64,000 nt of DNA from Tubulanus polymorphus. Taxonomy: Eukaryota > Animalia > Nemertea. Under the pieces are notes generated by a model, which worked only from the letters and a program-made list of their open reading frames with translations, had not been told where the DNA came from and ran no database searches. Shown piece after piece: positions 27,401-41,559 of the stretch. Made by a program: the position numbers and the translations under genes. How positions within the stretch are numbered: the stretch's first letter is position 1; each line of letters opens with the position of its first letter. The DNA lies in NCBI RefSeq assembly GCF_964204645.1, contig NC_134032.1:3000175-3064174 (forward strand), written 5' to 3'.

Positions 27401-30400
27401 ACACGCAGACGTCTCGATTAGCCTAGTGACCGAGGTCAGGTTAGCTATCACTTATCTCAGGCGAGACATGGTTACGTAAATACGTCTGGACTGAGGAATA
27501 TCGTATACTCGCGCCATGTGAGAATAGAAAACCTGGAACGAATGAAATGTCCGGCTGTCAAACGGTGTTACGAGAGGTCATCGGTTGGTTTTTCGATGTA
27601 TTTGATGATGCGCTGTAACTTAAACCATAGCGCCGAATCGATTTAGGGTGTTTTAGTAAAAAAAGTAGAATCGGAACAGTTTTCCAACTTATTACTACCA
27701 ACGGAATTCCTTTGTAAAAGTACTTAATTTCTAAATTTTTGATATATCTCGAATATCGTTGATGAGTCATATATAATGAAGGTCGAAGGTTTAGAGGGTC
27801 GATTTATTGGAATTTTAAAGGCATAGTTATATAATTTCTGGAATGAAAAAAAATCAAACTTTGGAACTTAATGATAGTGAAGTTTCAGCATGTCTCCTTT
27901 AAAATGAAGGATTCAATCCGCGATGTTGATTCTACTTGCTTAAAGAGCACATGTACAATTAATAGAATATCAATATAATACAAGTTATAATATGCTACTG
28001 ATTATCATTTCAGTCATTTCCTGTAATACACTTATAAATCGGCAATTTGAGCAGGTGCTCGCTGTATCTAGATGTGTGCAGGTACGTGTTCCTGACGTCA
28101 TCTCTGTTGAAAGCTAAACTGTTTACTCAGTTTCTACTTATTTCAAAGGGGTATTTAAGATTTTTTAAATTAAAGTATTGTTGGTGCCATCGTATATGAT
28201 ACGATAAACATATATGTTAGTGGGTGCACCATATAGCCGTGATATTTTAGAGGGAACAAATTATAACACTCAATTGTATACATATATGGGCTAGAGAGCG
28301 CATACGTGCTTAGGTTTATCACCGACATACCGTGAAAAAAACAACAGTGAGTTTGGTGAACTGTGTAAACAAAGTGAAGAATAAATGAACGACGCATTTA
28401 TAAGTAATCATTCCTTTGCGAAATAAGCATTGCGTTTATCAATCACGAAAAGTACAATTCATTGGCCATGTGGCCAAAAGAAAAAACGTTTGAGACGCTG
28501 AAGCAAGAGTTTCGGTGGGCAGCAATCAAACCCAGGCAAGTATGGCGCCAGAGAGGCGATCCGATGTTTATTGGACAGTGTCTGTCATCGAGAGGATTTC
28601 CGTGGTTGCGCCAGACGTGATGACGCAATCAACTGGGACTATCGTAGCTACGTCACCAAGCAATGATGCTGACCTACTATTTTGATATCGGAAAAGCTGA
28701 CCGTGTGAAGAAATTGATATCTGTTATCACTCATCACCGCTCAATGAGATACACGTGAGAATCCCACCTGTTGCTGGCGCACTGTTGCCGGGGCACCGCT
28801 CCAGGGGAAATTAGTACGTATGATCACAAATGTGAAAATGCAGTGTTAAGTATTATAGCAATACAACACGACAATTTGAGTCGCTTTATCGCTTTTCTAG
28901 CAATCAATAAATGGTCCCTATCGTGCGTACTGATCACGCCGCTTAAAGCGTATGTATGTTTCAATGCGCGAAATTAAATAGTTCAAATTGTCACCTAATT
29001 TTTCTTTGCTTTCCGGAAGAAATTCTAATGTGTCGTTACTTTTACGCAAAGAGTGTAAACATGTAACAATTAATTATTGGAAACAATACGATAGTTTTGT
29101 GCTTGAAGATAAGATACTGCCCGCGCGCATCAATCGACCGCGCTTTACTAAAAGTATTCAAATAGGCCTGCAACTGCTGTGTCGAATCGATGATGAGTGT
29201 TGCATTATATTCATCTCTCACTAAATCGCAAATTTTTCTCTGGCTTTGCGCATATTTTATTTCAAGTAGTGAGAAAAAATGGTACGGTTAGCTTTGGTGC
29301 TACTGATGTCGATTTCGATTCTTGTATCTCATCATTCCAGAGAGCAGTGGAAATATGTATGTAGAGATTTAGGGGGATGAGGGTTATTGAGGCTTGGGTC
29401 ACATAATTTTTCTGAGATCGGTAGATCACATTTTGCGGCCGTAAAAGCGTTCATTGTTTGTGTTTTCCCGATCTCCATTTACCTTACGTTGTACATGTAT
29501 ATATAAGTGTAACACGGATAATCCCAATGCCAGGTATTGATGTGCAGTCGCGGCCATGGCCATGTTTCAGAAGGTACCGGTATAATACCACGGAATATAA
29601 ATGTTCTAAACTCGAAAGGGGGACACCCTTTGAATTTCTGATATTTTTCGAGCCTCAGGACTTTTAGTCCTCTAGTTGCTTTTTTTGTAGTATCCGGTGA
29701 GCGTGGTTCACGTGTGTTCAGGCACGGGGCCAAGTTTTTGGCGGTAGCCTGTTCCACGGCCAATTTGGCCCGTGCCCAATTGGCCTCTGTGTGATGACGG
29801 CTGATGTGATTTACAATTAACCGATAATCTGTAGTTCTAATCCAACCACTTAGACTTCACTTAAACACTTGATCCAACACTATGGTTGCAGTAAGGTGCG
29901 TCCTCTAGTATCAAATACAGGTGACCTCTCATTACCCCTCAAGAGCCTTGTTACCTATTGAAATGTCTGATCCATTTCTTGTTACTTATTCGCTAGGTGG
30001 CGCTCTCCTCTATCTGATAAAACGGTTAGCCAAACATTAAACATTGAACATTAAACATCAACAACGTTGACCACGACCGCGGTCAATCGAATACATGGAC
30101 ACAACAAATCGCCAGGTGATGGCGCAAGCCTATCATGACGTCCAAACACGATTGCGTAAGCATATCTACTGACCGCGAGCGGTTACTACACGTAACGAAG
30201 TTGCGTCTATTTTAATATCTAGCTATGGAAATAGGTTACTTTATAAAATATGCTACAGGTGTGAACCTCATAGATATATACATGTACATCTTCTTGCATT
30301 CATTGTGTAATAAGCGAAATTAACGTAAATTTCATCCTTAATGTAAACAGTGCAACAATGTTATCAAGTTTTTAGCATTCTATCTAACTGGATCGTGAAG

Positions 30401-33400
30401 AAAGTTGATCACAATCAATTAAGAAATATTGTAAATAATAGTTAATCAGCAAGTCGTTGACAATTCAATGTTTTCAATGTATAAAGACATGAGAATTTTA
30501 AACATAACATAGTGGATATACGGTAACGAAGGGCTAAATTAAGACGCAAATAAAGTCAAAATACCAAAAGAGAATAAAGATTATAAGATAGATGAAAAAA
30601 GATATATACATTCATTTACGAAGAGGTGCGAAAACAGCAAAATCGTTTCCAATCGAACATGAAATCATGGAATGATGTGGAAGAGCACTGATTCATTTCT
30701 TGAGGATTGACAAATTCGATGTTCACATTTCTGAATGTTTGGGGCTACAAGAACCAAGGCTAACCACGTTATCATTATTATAATAAGCTTTGTCTATTAT
30801 CTATGAGTTATCTATACGTATTCATGTGCGCTCTCATTTCCGGCCATTTTCGGTTTAGGGATGAGAAAAATGTTCTTTTCTATGGAATTTGATAGATAGG
30901 CGGGCAGAAAGCATATGTTTATTTTATATCTTTCAATTTCATGGGCTTGCAGATATTGATTTCTTGGTGAGGGGATTCGATAACTTTCGTTAGAAACTTT
31001 CTCTGTTGTTAAGGGCTCGGGAACAATCGATGGTTCATTGATTAAAGAGGCGAATAACATATGAAGAAGTCAATTCGGTGACGAGAAAAACGACCGAGCA
31101 ATACACACGTTCTTAAACCAAGTTATGTTATTAATAGACGCAGCTTACTGACGTATAAAAGCTACATACAGCTGACCGCTCTCGCGGTCGCATACGCAAT
31201 CGTGTTTAGACGTCTGGGTTGGCTCGCGCCATCACCTGGCGATTTGTTGTCAAGGTCGAGGTCGACTTTTTTTATCAGCAGAGTAGACATTTACGTAGTT
31301 ACGTGAAATGTCTGGCATAGTGTATACCAGCGCCACCTGGCGAATAAGTAGCCAGCTTCACATTTTGAATCGGGAGCCGAACCAGTAGCCGGCTCCCAGT
31401 TCCCGGTTCCCGATTCGGCTCCCGATTCAAAACCTGAATCGGTAGCCGAAGCAGTAGCCGGCTCCCGGTTCCCCGTTCGGCTCCCGATTCAAAAGCATTT
31501 TGAATCGGGAACCGATCACAGGGGTCCAAATTTCATCGAAATCGGATAAAAAATAATGATTTTCAAAAAATTTGAAATGTCTCTAAAATCTTTAATCTTG
31601 GCCCTATCTCTACAAAAAAAGATCGCTAGCATCAGATTTTCATTCCCACTATGACTAGATTATTTAAAATTAGTTTAGAACTTGATATGAAAACTTTTAT
31701 GAATTTGTCAAATTTAACTGTGTGTGACCTGCTTTTCTGTTGCGAGCCAACCTCGCTTAAACAAGATACTGTAAAAGTGGGACGGCCCATCTCAAGTGTT
31801 TGCCACCCGGTTAACTAGCATCCATACTCCTCGGCCTTTAAAAGGAAAGAAATTTCCGAGGATTTCGCTTATTTCACAAAACCTTCAATGAATGAAAGAA
31901 GATATTATGAGTTGCTGAGTCAAAGTGCATGTCAACGCTCCGGGCAACGCTCGCGGTCAGCACACCTGGTTGCGCGATGTGTTTAGACGTCTCGATTGGC
32001 CTCGTCTCGACTGGTGGTCAAGGTTGCGGCTAGCACTTGAGAGCGGACACCATAGTTACGCAATCATAACATGTACCTGTCCGCAATAGAGTCGAATCGA
32101 ATAAGTAGCCAGCTTCACATTTTGAATTGGGAGCCGGGAACCGGGAGCCGGCTACCGGTTCCCGATGCGGCTCCCGATTGAAAATGATTTTCAAATATGT
32201 TGACAATATTTCAATACACATTTCAATAGCCAACTTCATATCGCTGACAAAGGTAAACCAATTAACTAACCCGAATTAAGCATTTTCCATTAGAATTATC
32301 ACCTAAACCGGGCCCAGGGCAGAAGAACTAGCAACATATAACAACTCATGCAGTACATCTTTCTCGTATCAGACCGATGATGCTCACATTGCAGTATTCT
32401 CCACTATTACATTCCCCAGAATTGACGTCATCCGCGTCTCTGTAGGCAGACAAAATGAAATTAGGTCACCGACGTCTCTGTGGTCAACGAGCAACAGCTG
32501 ACGCTCACATCGCGCAAATGTTTGTTTTCATCATCGCGCGCAGTGACGTCATGCGGAAAGTCCAAACTTAATGGTAGAAAAGTCTACCTAAACTTTATCG
32601 TATCGGCACGACATCTATTCATAAACACAGATCAGACCATCCTCTTTTAATCCATACCACTCAACGCGTAATCGAAGCCACACGAACGGAGATTACACGC
32701 TACAAAGTTAATACGCTATGGCTTAGCCGCTTATAGTATAGAATATAGTTGCATAGTAACTGTGTATATTGAAGTCACACGCGTGTTTTTAATTCAGACG
32801 TCTCTATTAGCCTGGTGGCCGAGGTCAGGTTGCACTCATTTCAGCAGACATAGTTACGTAATTATGTTTACCTGCTGTCCGCAATAGAGTCGAATCGAAT
32901 AAGTAGCCAGCTTCACATTTTGAATCGGGAGCCGAACCAGTAGCCGGCTACCGGTTCCCGGTTCCCGGTTCGGCTCCCGATTCAAAATGGTTTTGAACCG
33001 GGAACCGGGAACCAGTAGCCGCTTCCCGGTTCCCGATTCGGCTCCCGATTCAAAATAATTTTGAATCGGGAGGAAATCGTCACACGCGTGGTGTTAATTC
33101 AGACGTCTCGATTAGCCTGGTGGCCGAGGTCAAGGTTGCACTCATTTTAGCAGACATAGTTACGTAATTATGTTTACCTGCTGTCCGCAATTGAGTCGAA
33201 TCGAATAAGCAGCCAGCTTCACATTTTGCAATTGAGACGTCTAAACAACCATCTTATCTCTGCCCCAATGTTAGTGGTCTCTTTGTTTTACCACGCAACC
33301 GTGGTAACTATTGGATTAGAATTTTTGTGTGCGCTCTCATTTCCAGCTATTTTCGGTTTAGGGATGAGAAAAATGTTCTTTTATGTTTTCTATGAATTTT

Positions 33401-34213
33401 ATAGATAGGAAAATATTAAGTTTAATAGAATATTGAAGTGATTGTTTTTTCATCTTTGACAATGGATTTACCCTGCATGAAGGGTGATTTATACGGCGGG
33501 CAGAAAGCGTCTGTTTATTTTATATCTTACAATTTCATTGGCTTGCAGATATTGTTTTCTTGGGGATTCGATAACTTTCGTTAGAAACTTTCTCTCTTGT
33601 TAACCCTTTCAGTGCTGACTAATCAATACCCTATAGCGCGGGAACAATCGATGGTTTATTGATTAAATGATTAAAGAGGCGAATAACATATGAAGAAGTC
33701 GATTCGGTGACGAGAAAAACGACTGAGCAATACACACGTTCTTAAACCCAGGAAGAAAGACACTCTAAATATTTGGATGGATATATGAAATCTGTGGGTA
33801 CTGGAGTGTCTAATGGGTAGTGTAGTGTGATCTGTGTGCATTTGTGGCCAGCACACAGATCACATTGTTCAATGGGGTTTGGTCCAGGACTCGCGAGATT
33901 TTCAACAACGCGGAAGTAACGTGTAATAAATGATGACTTGAATTGCATGACTACCTACCACCCCTCATTATTGTTGGAAAACTAAACGTTCCGCACTGAC
34001 TAAAAATTAGTAATAACATTTTAGAAATGGCCAGAATTTTAACTTAGGTTCTATCTCATTTTTATTTTACAATTGCGATCGGTATAATTTTTTTTTAAAC
34101 GGCCGTTAAGGCTTCATGTTTCGTCTGCAATTCACTGCAAATAGTTACGCAACAGCATTTTGAATCGGGAGCCGAATAAGGGACCGGGAACCGGGAGCCA
34201 GCTTCACAGGGGT
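24437..34213. mobile_element. Foldback/MULE-like element with multi-kb modular TIRs
   Basis: Ends ACCCCTGTGAAGCTGGCTCCCGG / CCGGGAGCCAGCTTCACAGGGGT; perfect 9-bp TSD GAAAAAATA (24428-24436, 34214-34222); 24795-26890 mirrored at 31840-33748. Confidence 0.85.
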
Positions 34214-34254
34214 GAAAAAATACGCACATGTGTCCCTACCTAAAGTATTCGCAC

Positions 34255-35351
34255 ACAAAGGCTAATTGAGCCATGTGATTACATTTTGCTCAGGCCTTGT
34301 CTGCTGACCTGACATTTATAGTCAAACCTCGATCCAAAACGTTCATGTGATCACGGCATGTATTCAAGAAAACAAGAAATCATTATGTATGCCTGTACAT
34401 TTTGCTGTACGTAGGTTTGGTATACCGAATTCTCCAATCTCGACAACTGAGTGTACGGTACAGCTGAACGCATTATTCCAATGGGAATAGGGCCCATTGA
34501 TTGGGCTTATTATTTCGTGCTTTAGAATATTGAAATAAGCCAATGTTCATTCAAATACCCAACATCAGTGAAAGTTTGAATACTGTATACATGTATATAG
34601 GTTTTCATGTTCTATGAATATTTTGCGGTTCATGGGTATATGCTGATGTCAAACACCTGAAGATAAATGGTCAAGGGCAGTCAGTCAACACCAACTCTTT
34701 TCGACCGATGTTGCATCATGTACGGTCTGAATCGTTCAACTCAAGCAAAGCGATTAACACAATCGACATAACACTGGCTAACAGAACTGACTAACAGTTT
34801 ATTAGCCCGTGGAAGAGGTTTGATATTTACGCACGTGTTGCAAGGTTTAAATTGTTCATCAGTATAGAATTAGTAATCCATAAAAGCCAAAATCAACATC
34901 GGCCCAATACCCAGACCAAAGCAATTCATAATCAATCGATTGAATCCACAATACAATATATGTATTTATTCAAATATTTCAATAAAAAGATTAATTCCTT
35001 GAAATCTGTTCTAAATCCTAATACGTTACTATATCAGTAAATGTATTCAACACCTATTGAGTCAGCCGATTCTTAAGATGGTTTCTTAATAGAACAGATA
35101 TATTTTAAGCGTGGTGATACAAAATAAATGCTTGGTCTAATCAATTCATAATTATCGATTTTACGTCCACGTAAGTTCGGTTTCAAAACTGAATAACATT
35201 GGACGTTGACACAGTGGTTGTATATTAGGTTCGAATCTGTCAATACATTATATTTCATGTATCGGCATTTAAAATTTCAATAATTCCTATCAACCTGAAC
35301 GACATGGTGCGGATTAGCAGAAAACCCGTTGTCGCTGCTTTGCAGCTATAT
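34255..35351 (-). mobile_element. Diverged 5' part of a family-A-related Helentron
   Basis: 5' end gtcgctgctttgcagctatat at 35331-35351; collinear with 10294-11720 apart from deletions. Confidence 0.7.
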
Positions 35352-35353
35352 TT

Positions 35354-38300
35354 ATTAGGGTTTTCTGTTTCTTCACAGAAAACCCTATTGAAATTCGAGT
35401 GATTATTATTTTTTTCCCTTTTCCACACAGTTTTTGTTAAAAGTGTAAAGGCTTCCTTACCTTACCGCTGTCGCCGATACAATCCGTATGATATCATTCA
35501 GCTCACTTCAATCTCCAGATACTGCATGGGAATTTTGATAAATCCACGTTATAAAGGCACTGTCGAGCCGTAAACATCGGAAATTTGGCTCCGTTCAATT
35601 AGTAGCCATGTTGTGTTTTCTTTCCGAAATTTCTCTCTTCTTTATGAGGAAGAGCTATCGAATTATTCCCTCTCTTCTCCACAATCAATTTCAAAGTCAA
35701 TTTTATGAATTTATTGCTCAGCGGGTCCGAGTCCAAGAGTTTACGAGTCCGGCGTTCGCGTGTCTGACAGGTTTACGGGCATTTGTTGGTTATATCTTTA
35801 ATATTTTTGATTTCTTGTTATTCCGGTTATTTCATTTAAGTATATTGCTGATCAGTTCATGTAACCAAAACCGTCAATAAACAGATTTTGAATTGATCAA
35901 GTTTAAATCAAGGTCGTTGAGTCGCGGAGGGCTATTAGAATTACGTTCGTCTCAGAGAGAAAACAAACGACAGAAAAGTATCAGGTGATTATCGATAGCC
36001 TACTACGGTACACACAGTTGACAAACAGTGTTAGGCCTGTGCCGGTTGGTGCGTACTGGGAATAAATATACTGGTTGGTCAGTTGGTTCGGTTGTGAAGT
36101 GTGGAAGCTAAGAAAGCCTACCGGTATTTATTTGTCTATATAGGCCTATTATATAGTACCCAATAGCATTTTAAGTACGTAGTTGTTACCTGTACGTGAC
36201 TGTACGGTGATCTCCACAGGTTAACCATACGTGAGTTCCCTACTAACGCCGTACGTGAGTTCCTATAATCTGCAAACACGCGTGCGTAAAAGAATAGAGT
36301 TTGGGTTAGGTGAGGCTAGGCTATTTGTAAATCAAATTGCATTTAACCTGCAGTTACGTTCTGTGGCACAGTGGGTAAATCACTGGACTACTACTAGATT
36401 TTTTTTCGTTTGGTTTCGAATCCCAATATTGTATGTCTGAGCGTCAACGTACTCACATATGGCTAACCTGTAGTAATCGCCGTACAGTCACGTACAGGTA
36501 ACAACAGCGTTTTAAGTATTAAGTGAGTACGACAAGCCTACCATGCCTATGTGCTACAAACACAACTTTTTCCCCTCTCGTCGGCCCTACAGTGATGTTA
36601 CTAATAACTGGTTCCATTATAACATGGATAGGATTTGGTCAGGACAAGCCTAAAGTCTAATTCATTCTATGTACTTATTCACTCGATAGGCCTATTTTTA
36701 GCCCACTTGGGACTTTAGTCCCAGCGTGCTATTGTGTTCACTTTTCGTCCGTCGTCCATCCGTCCGTAGACGGAATCCAGTCATTTTGGGAAGTTTTGAA
36801 GACGCCTCAATGTAATGTCTTGATATTTGGGTTACACATGTATCTACTCTAGACACATCTTCAGCCCAAAAACTGGCCATGTCAGAATCAAGATGGCCGA
36901 TTGGCAGCCATTGTTGTTTGACAAAATCAACACTTTTTACACATTTTTGAACTTTTTGAGGGAAATTTGAAGACGCTTTGATCAGTTACCTTGATCTTTT
37001 GGATGTATGTGAATCCCCCCAGAGCCCATTGCCCATAACAAAAATTGGGTCGATCGGACTCAAGATGACCGACCGTCCTATGACCTTTTAAGTGGCCAAA
37101 AATGTCAATTTTAGCCCGAATTCTGAGTGCTGTTGCTCCCTACTGGTTCGCCATTTCTCATTGAAATTTGCGATGGGTATTCTTTATAAAGGGATGATTT
37201 ATACCTGAGATATGTATTTTTGATCAGCCAATTATGACGCAATTGGCGGCCATCTTGGTGTCATAAGCACTCATTCGTAGGTGGGAAAAGTTTTTCCACA
37301 TTATATTGTTGATATTTAAGCATATTTTCTTACCACAATCAATTGAAAAGTTGTAGCTGATGACATGGTTTATGATTGTGGTGAGTTTGAAGGTCATTGG
37401 TTTTTTTGTATATGGCCAGCAGGGGGCGTTTAATACAATATCTTGGTATTTCTATATTATATTCGTATCAATGCATATTTTGTAACCACAATCAATTGCA
37501 AAGTTGTAGCTCATGACATCATCTATGATTGTGACAAGTTTGAAGGCCAATAGTTATTCTATATGGTCACCAGGGGGCGTTGAATAGTAGAATAACTTAG
37601 TATTTCCTTATTATATTGGTATCTAGGCATATTTTGTTACCATGATCAATTACAAAGTTATAGTTCGTGACATGTTTTATGATTGGGGTGAGTTTCAAGG
37701 TCAGTGGGTTTTGAATATGGTCACCAGGGGGTGTGAATATTGAAATTGTTAGATTGTTGAGCATTCGGAACCACTTCCCAAGTGGGCATGGTGTCCCTGG
37801 ACCCCTAGTTAAACAATACAGTGAAGTATTCACACGCATAAAGGCCAATTGATTTGAGCCATGTGATTAAATTTGACCAGGCCTTCTCTGACCTGACATT
37901 AATAGTCAAACCTAGATCCAAAACGTTCATATGGTCACGGCTTGTATACCAGAAATCATTGTAGGTCTATACATTTTGCTGTTCGTAGGTTTGGTATACC
38001 GATTTCTCCATTCTTGACTGATAAGTGTACGGTACAGCTGTACGTATTATACAATTGTTCCAATGGGAATAGGGCCTATTGATTGGGCTTATTATTTCCT
38101 GCTTTAGAATACTGAAATAAGCCTAAGGTTCATTCAAATATCCAACATCGGTGAAATTTTGATTACTGTGTACATGTACTGTAGTTTTTCATGTTGTATG
38201 AATATTTTGAAGTTCAAATGAGTATGATGCTGATTGCAATGTCAAACGCATGAAGTTAGATGGACAGTCAACACCAAGATATCTCTCTTCGACCGATGTT

Positions 38301-39271
38301 GCACCATAGAAGATCTGATTCTTTCAACTCAAGCAAAGTTCATGATTCAACACGATCGACATAACACTGGAATAGGTTTGCAGTAACTAAACGGTACATT
38401 TCATTTAGTCCTATGTACTTTTTTTAGCCAATTTGAATTTTGAACTCTGGAACTGTTAACAAAAGACAAGTTAAAAAAGACACAAGTTATGCCTGATTCT
38501 CATGATCAAATTTAATTCAAAATAAAATTTATTTTATTACATCATATTTACAAAGCATATCATTGGTTCATACAGTAATAAAAATTAGGAAAGAACAAAT
38601 ATCACTACAGAATTTTAAAAAAAGGCAATGAATTTCTATAACTAAATGAACATTATTTTTCTAATAACTCAGATCAAGAGTGACTCTCCCGTTTATTAGG
38701 AAACACACGCATCTAGTGGAATAGGTTTGATTTACACACATGTTGCAGGTATCAATTGTTTATCACTATAGAATTTGTAATCTATAAAAGCCAAAATCAA
38801 CATCAGTCGAAAACCCAGACCAAATCAATTCATAATTTATTGATTGAATCTACACTACAATATATGTACATGTATTTATTCAAATATTTCAATAAAAACA
38901 TTAACTTCTTCAATCTATTCTAAATCATAATACGTTCTTATCTGTAAATTCACTCAATCTATCGACTCAGCAGGTGCTTAAGATGAGTTCTTAATAGGAC
39001 AGATCCATTTTTAAGCATGGTGATAATACAGTATCATGATGTTTGAATGCCAAAATAAATGCCTGGTCAAATATATTAATATTTGTGATTGTACGTCCAC
39101 GTATGATCGGTTTCAAAGCTGAATCATATTTGACGTTTACACAGTGGTAGCATATTAGGTTCGAATCTGTCAATGCATTTAGTTCTATGTATCGATATTT
39201 CAATTTACTACAATTCCCATCTTTCTGAATGGCTTTGCGGAAAACCCGTCATCGCTGCTTGGCAGCTATAT
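35354..39271 (-). mobile_element. Complete family-A Helentron with a nested insertion
   Basis: Reverse complement of 10294-13123, split at the T-run near 36697. Confidence 0.85.
36698..37810 (-). mobile_element. pearl/CvA-like HINE (non-autonomous Helentron) with three ~154-bp internal repeats
   Basis: 5' AACTAG, subterminal gcccacttggg inverted repeat, GGAC microsatellite, 3' hairpin tgggactaaagtcccaagtgggctaa; repeat units at 37332, 37486 and 37639; inserted in a T-run without TSD. Confidence 0.85.
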
Positions 39272-39561
39272 TTATTGTTATTTTTTCTGGGGACATTTTT
39301 TCTCGGGTCATTTCTTCCGTATACCAGACCAGACACTTTGACTCTGGAAAACCGACTGGACGGACTATAGGCAGGCAATATACGATATCAAAGTGGAGGT
39401 TGGTTATGGAATGAGAGAGGAACGCGCGTGTATCATAAGAAATAAGGTCATATAGGGGCCGTTGGTCGGTACAGTAATTATTAGCTTGACGATGAATTCA
39501 TGAAACTGTTTTAAAGCGTTATATTATATTCGCTGAATAAATCAAAACTTGAAATCGATGG

Positions 39562-40512
39562 TTATTTTAATGAATTTCTACAGCGGATTTTCATACAGAA
39601 ATATTCACGAATTTCTTGTCCCAGTAAAAGGTATATGTAGAAATTGATGACATAATTACATGATTCGAACTGGGAGGAAATATCTATGAGGAAGTCTGTA
39701 TGTTCCGGTGAGATTGGTAAAAGTACGACCAGCGAGTTTGGCAGTGTAAAAATTGCAAATGCGAGTGAAACTGTTAGAAGCATTATTGTTGTACGTTTTG
39801 ATTTTGTAGTTTTCTGATCGGACGAAACCATTTTTGAACCCCTGAATAACTGAATTATTATGACAGAATTTGATATTATTATGAACGTTAACGGTACAAG
39901 AAAAACGTATATTACACATATCATAAAAAGTAAGGTGTGGTCCCAAGACTTGTAGTAACATCCGAAAGGATAAACAAATTTCATTGTTGCTACTGGATGA
40001 ACACCAATTACGAATGCATTTATTGTGGACATAAAAGCAATGACGCATCGGGCGAATCTAGGTGTACATATCAAACGAGATGTGAACGGGAAGAGAACAA
40101 CTGCCGCACGTTCTAGAGATATCGCTACTATTAACCAGGCACTATTGGCGCCCATCGAATTTATTAAGAATTCGTATATTTGACAACTGATCAGTGAATC
40201 TACCAAGATTATTTGACCAGTATTTAGACTAAAGAGAACAAACTGTAAAATAGGCATCAGCGTAAAACCGACACAGAACACTAAATCACTGATAGACAAA
40301 GCGATCAGGTAGTTAGCGTAAGATAAACTGCGGAATCTGCGACTTATCATTATCAGGAATGTAGCCGAATTTCCAAACGCTCCTAACAAGAACATGACAA
40401 GCAGTATGACCAATGAAACTGTACGGTAGGTGCCAGACTTGTTCACCAATGCCATTAGAACGATGTAACCGCTGTAAGGTCGTCCAACTAAGTGCATCTC
40501 GGTATAATTCAT
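39562..40512 (-). CDS. Intronless rhodopsin-family 7TM GPCR (peptide-receptor-like, expanded lophotrochozoan type)
   Basis: 316-aa ORF with seven hydrophobic segments, GN (TM1), LSISD (TM2), Cys at TM3 start, SLERA, FTLP, NFYIY. Confidence 0.92.
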   Translation of the reverse strand: MNYTEMHLVGRPYSGYIVLMALVNKSGTYRTVSLVILLVMFLLGAFGNSATFLIMISRRFRSLSYANYLIALSISDLVFCVGFTLMPILQFVLFSLNTGQIILVDSLISCQIYEFLINSMGANSAWLIVAISLERAAVVLFPFTSRLICTPRFARCVIAFMSTINAFVIGVHPVATMKFVYPFGCYYKSWDHTLLFMICVIYVFLVPLTFIIISNSVIIIQLFRGSKMVSSDQKTTKSKRTTIMLLTVSLAFAIFTLPNSLVVLLPISPEHTDFLIDISSQFESCNYVINFYIYLLLGQEIREYFCMKIRCRNSLK

Positions 40513-41559
40513 CTCGAATCAACAAGTAGCACGTTAGGAGTAACAAATCTATTAGAAACTTCTAAGTGTTATATCCTATTGTAATTTCTTTTTTGCCATC
40601 AAATTCTAGCAAATCACATTAGCATCCAAATCTTAACCCTCATATTTCCATGTAATATTAATGGATGATCGTCTCCACTGCATGGAATGGCTGCATTCTC
40701 TGATGAATCGATAAATTAATTTCACGAGAAAGAGATCCGTGTGGTTACAAAATGTCTAATTTACAAGTTAGTCTTACTGGTGATAGCTATTCACCATTCA
40801 TTAGAGATACTGTCAAACTATTCGCCATATAGGATTGATGGTATCATACTGTTTGCACGCACTCTCGCATATTTGTTTAATTAATTTGATACGAATACAG
40901 TCTTATTCATGATAGCTATCTACCGTTAGAGAAATAAAGTTACTTTATGGTTGACACAATTTGGCCCGAATAAAATATCAGAAATCTGGCGAAATATACT
41001 CACATCTATCATCCACTTATGGTTGGTACGGTCGGAATAGCTGAAATTGAGAAACAAAGCTAAGGCTTATCATTTTCCAAAGAAAAAAAAAACATGAAAA
41101 ATAAATGTTAATTTTGAAAAATTTTAGGGGGTTCGTCCGCTACCCCGAACCCTCACTCGTCGAGGTCCTGCCTTTTTGTAACCATGCCATCACATGAATA
41201 TTGGCTCTATAAGATGCTATAACCATTGACTTACATTGCATAGGTTTCCGTTTTATAATGAATGAATTGCCATCGGTCGTTAACATGATCGTAGCTTCGG
41301 ACATTTAGATTGAATAAATGATCTGGCAAATAATGTCTGGCTGTAACCAATCCCCTGTGTAATATACCATCTCACTTTTACAATATTCTGAAACTATCTA
41401 CCCTGCGAAAATCGTTCATCACATTTGGCAAGTCTCTACTCGGGGTAAAGAAACGCTCTGTTAATGCAGCTGTTCGCGGTGATCTGGGACAGTTCCCTCT
41501 ACTTATAACCTTCTTGCCACTACGGTCAAATACTGGCTGCGCATCTCTAAAATAGACAT

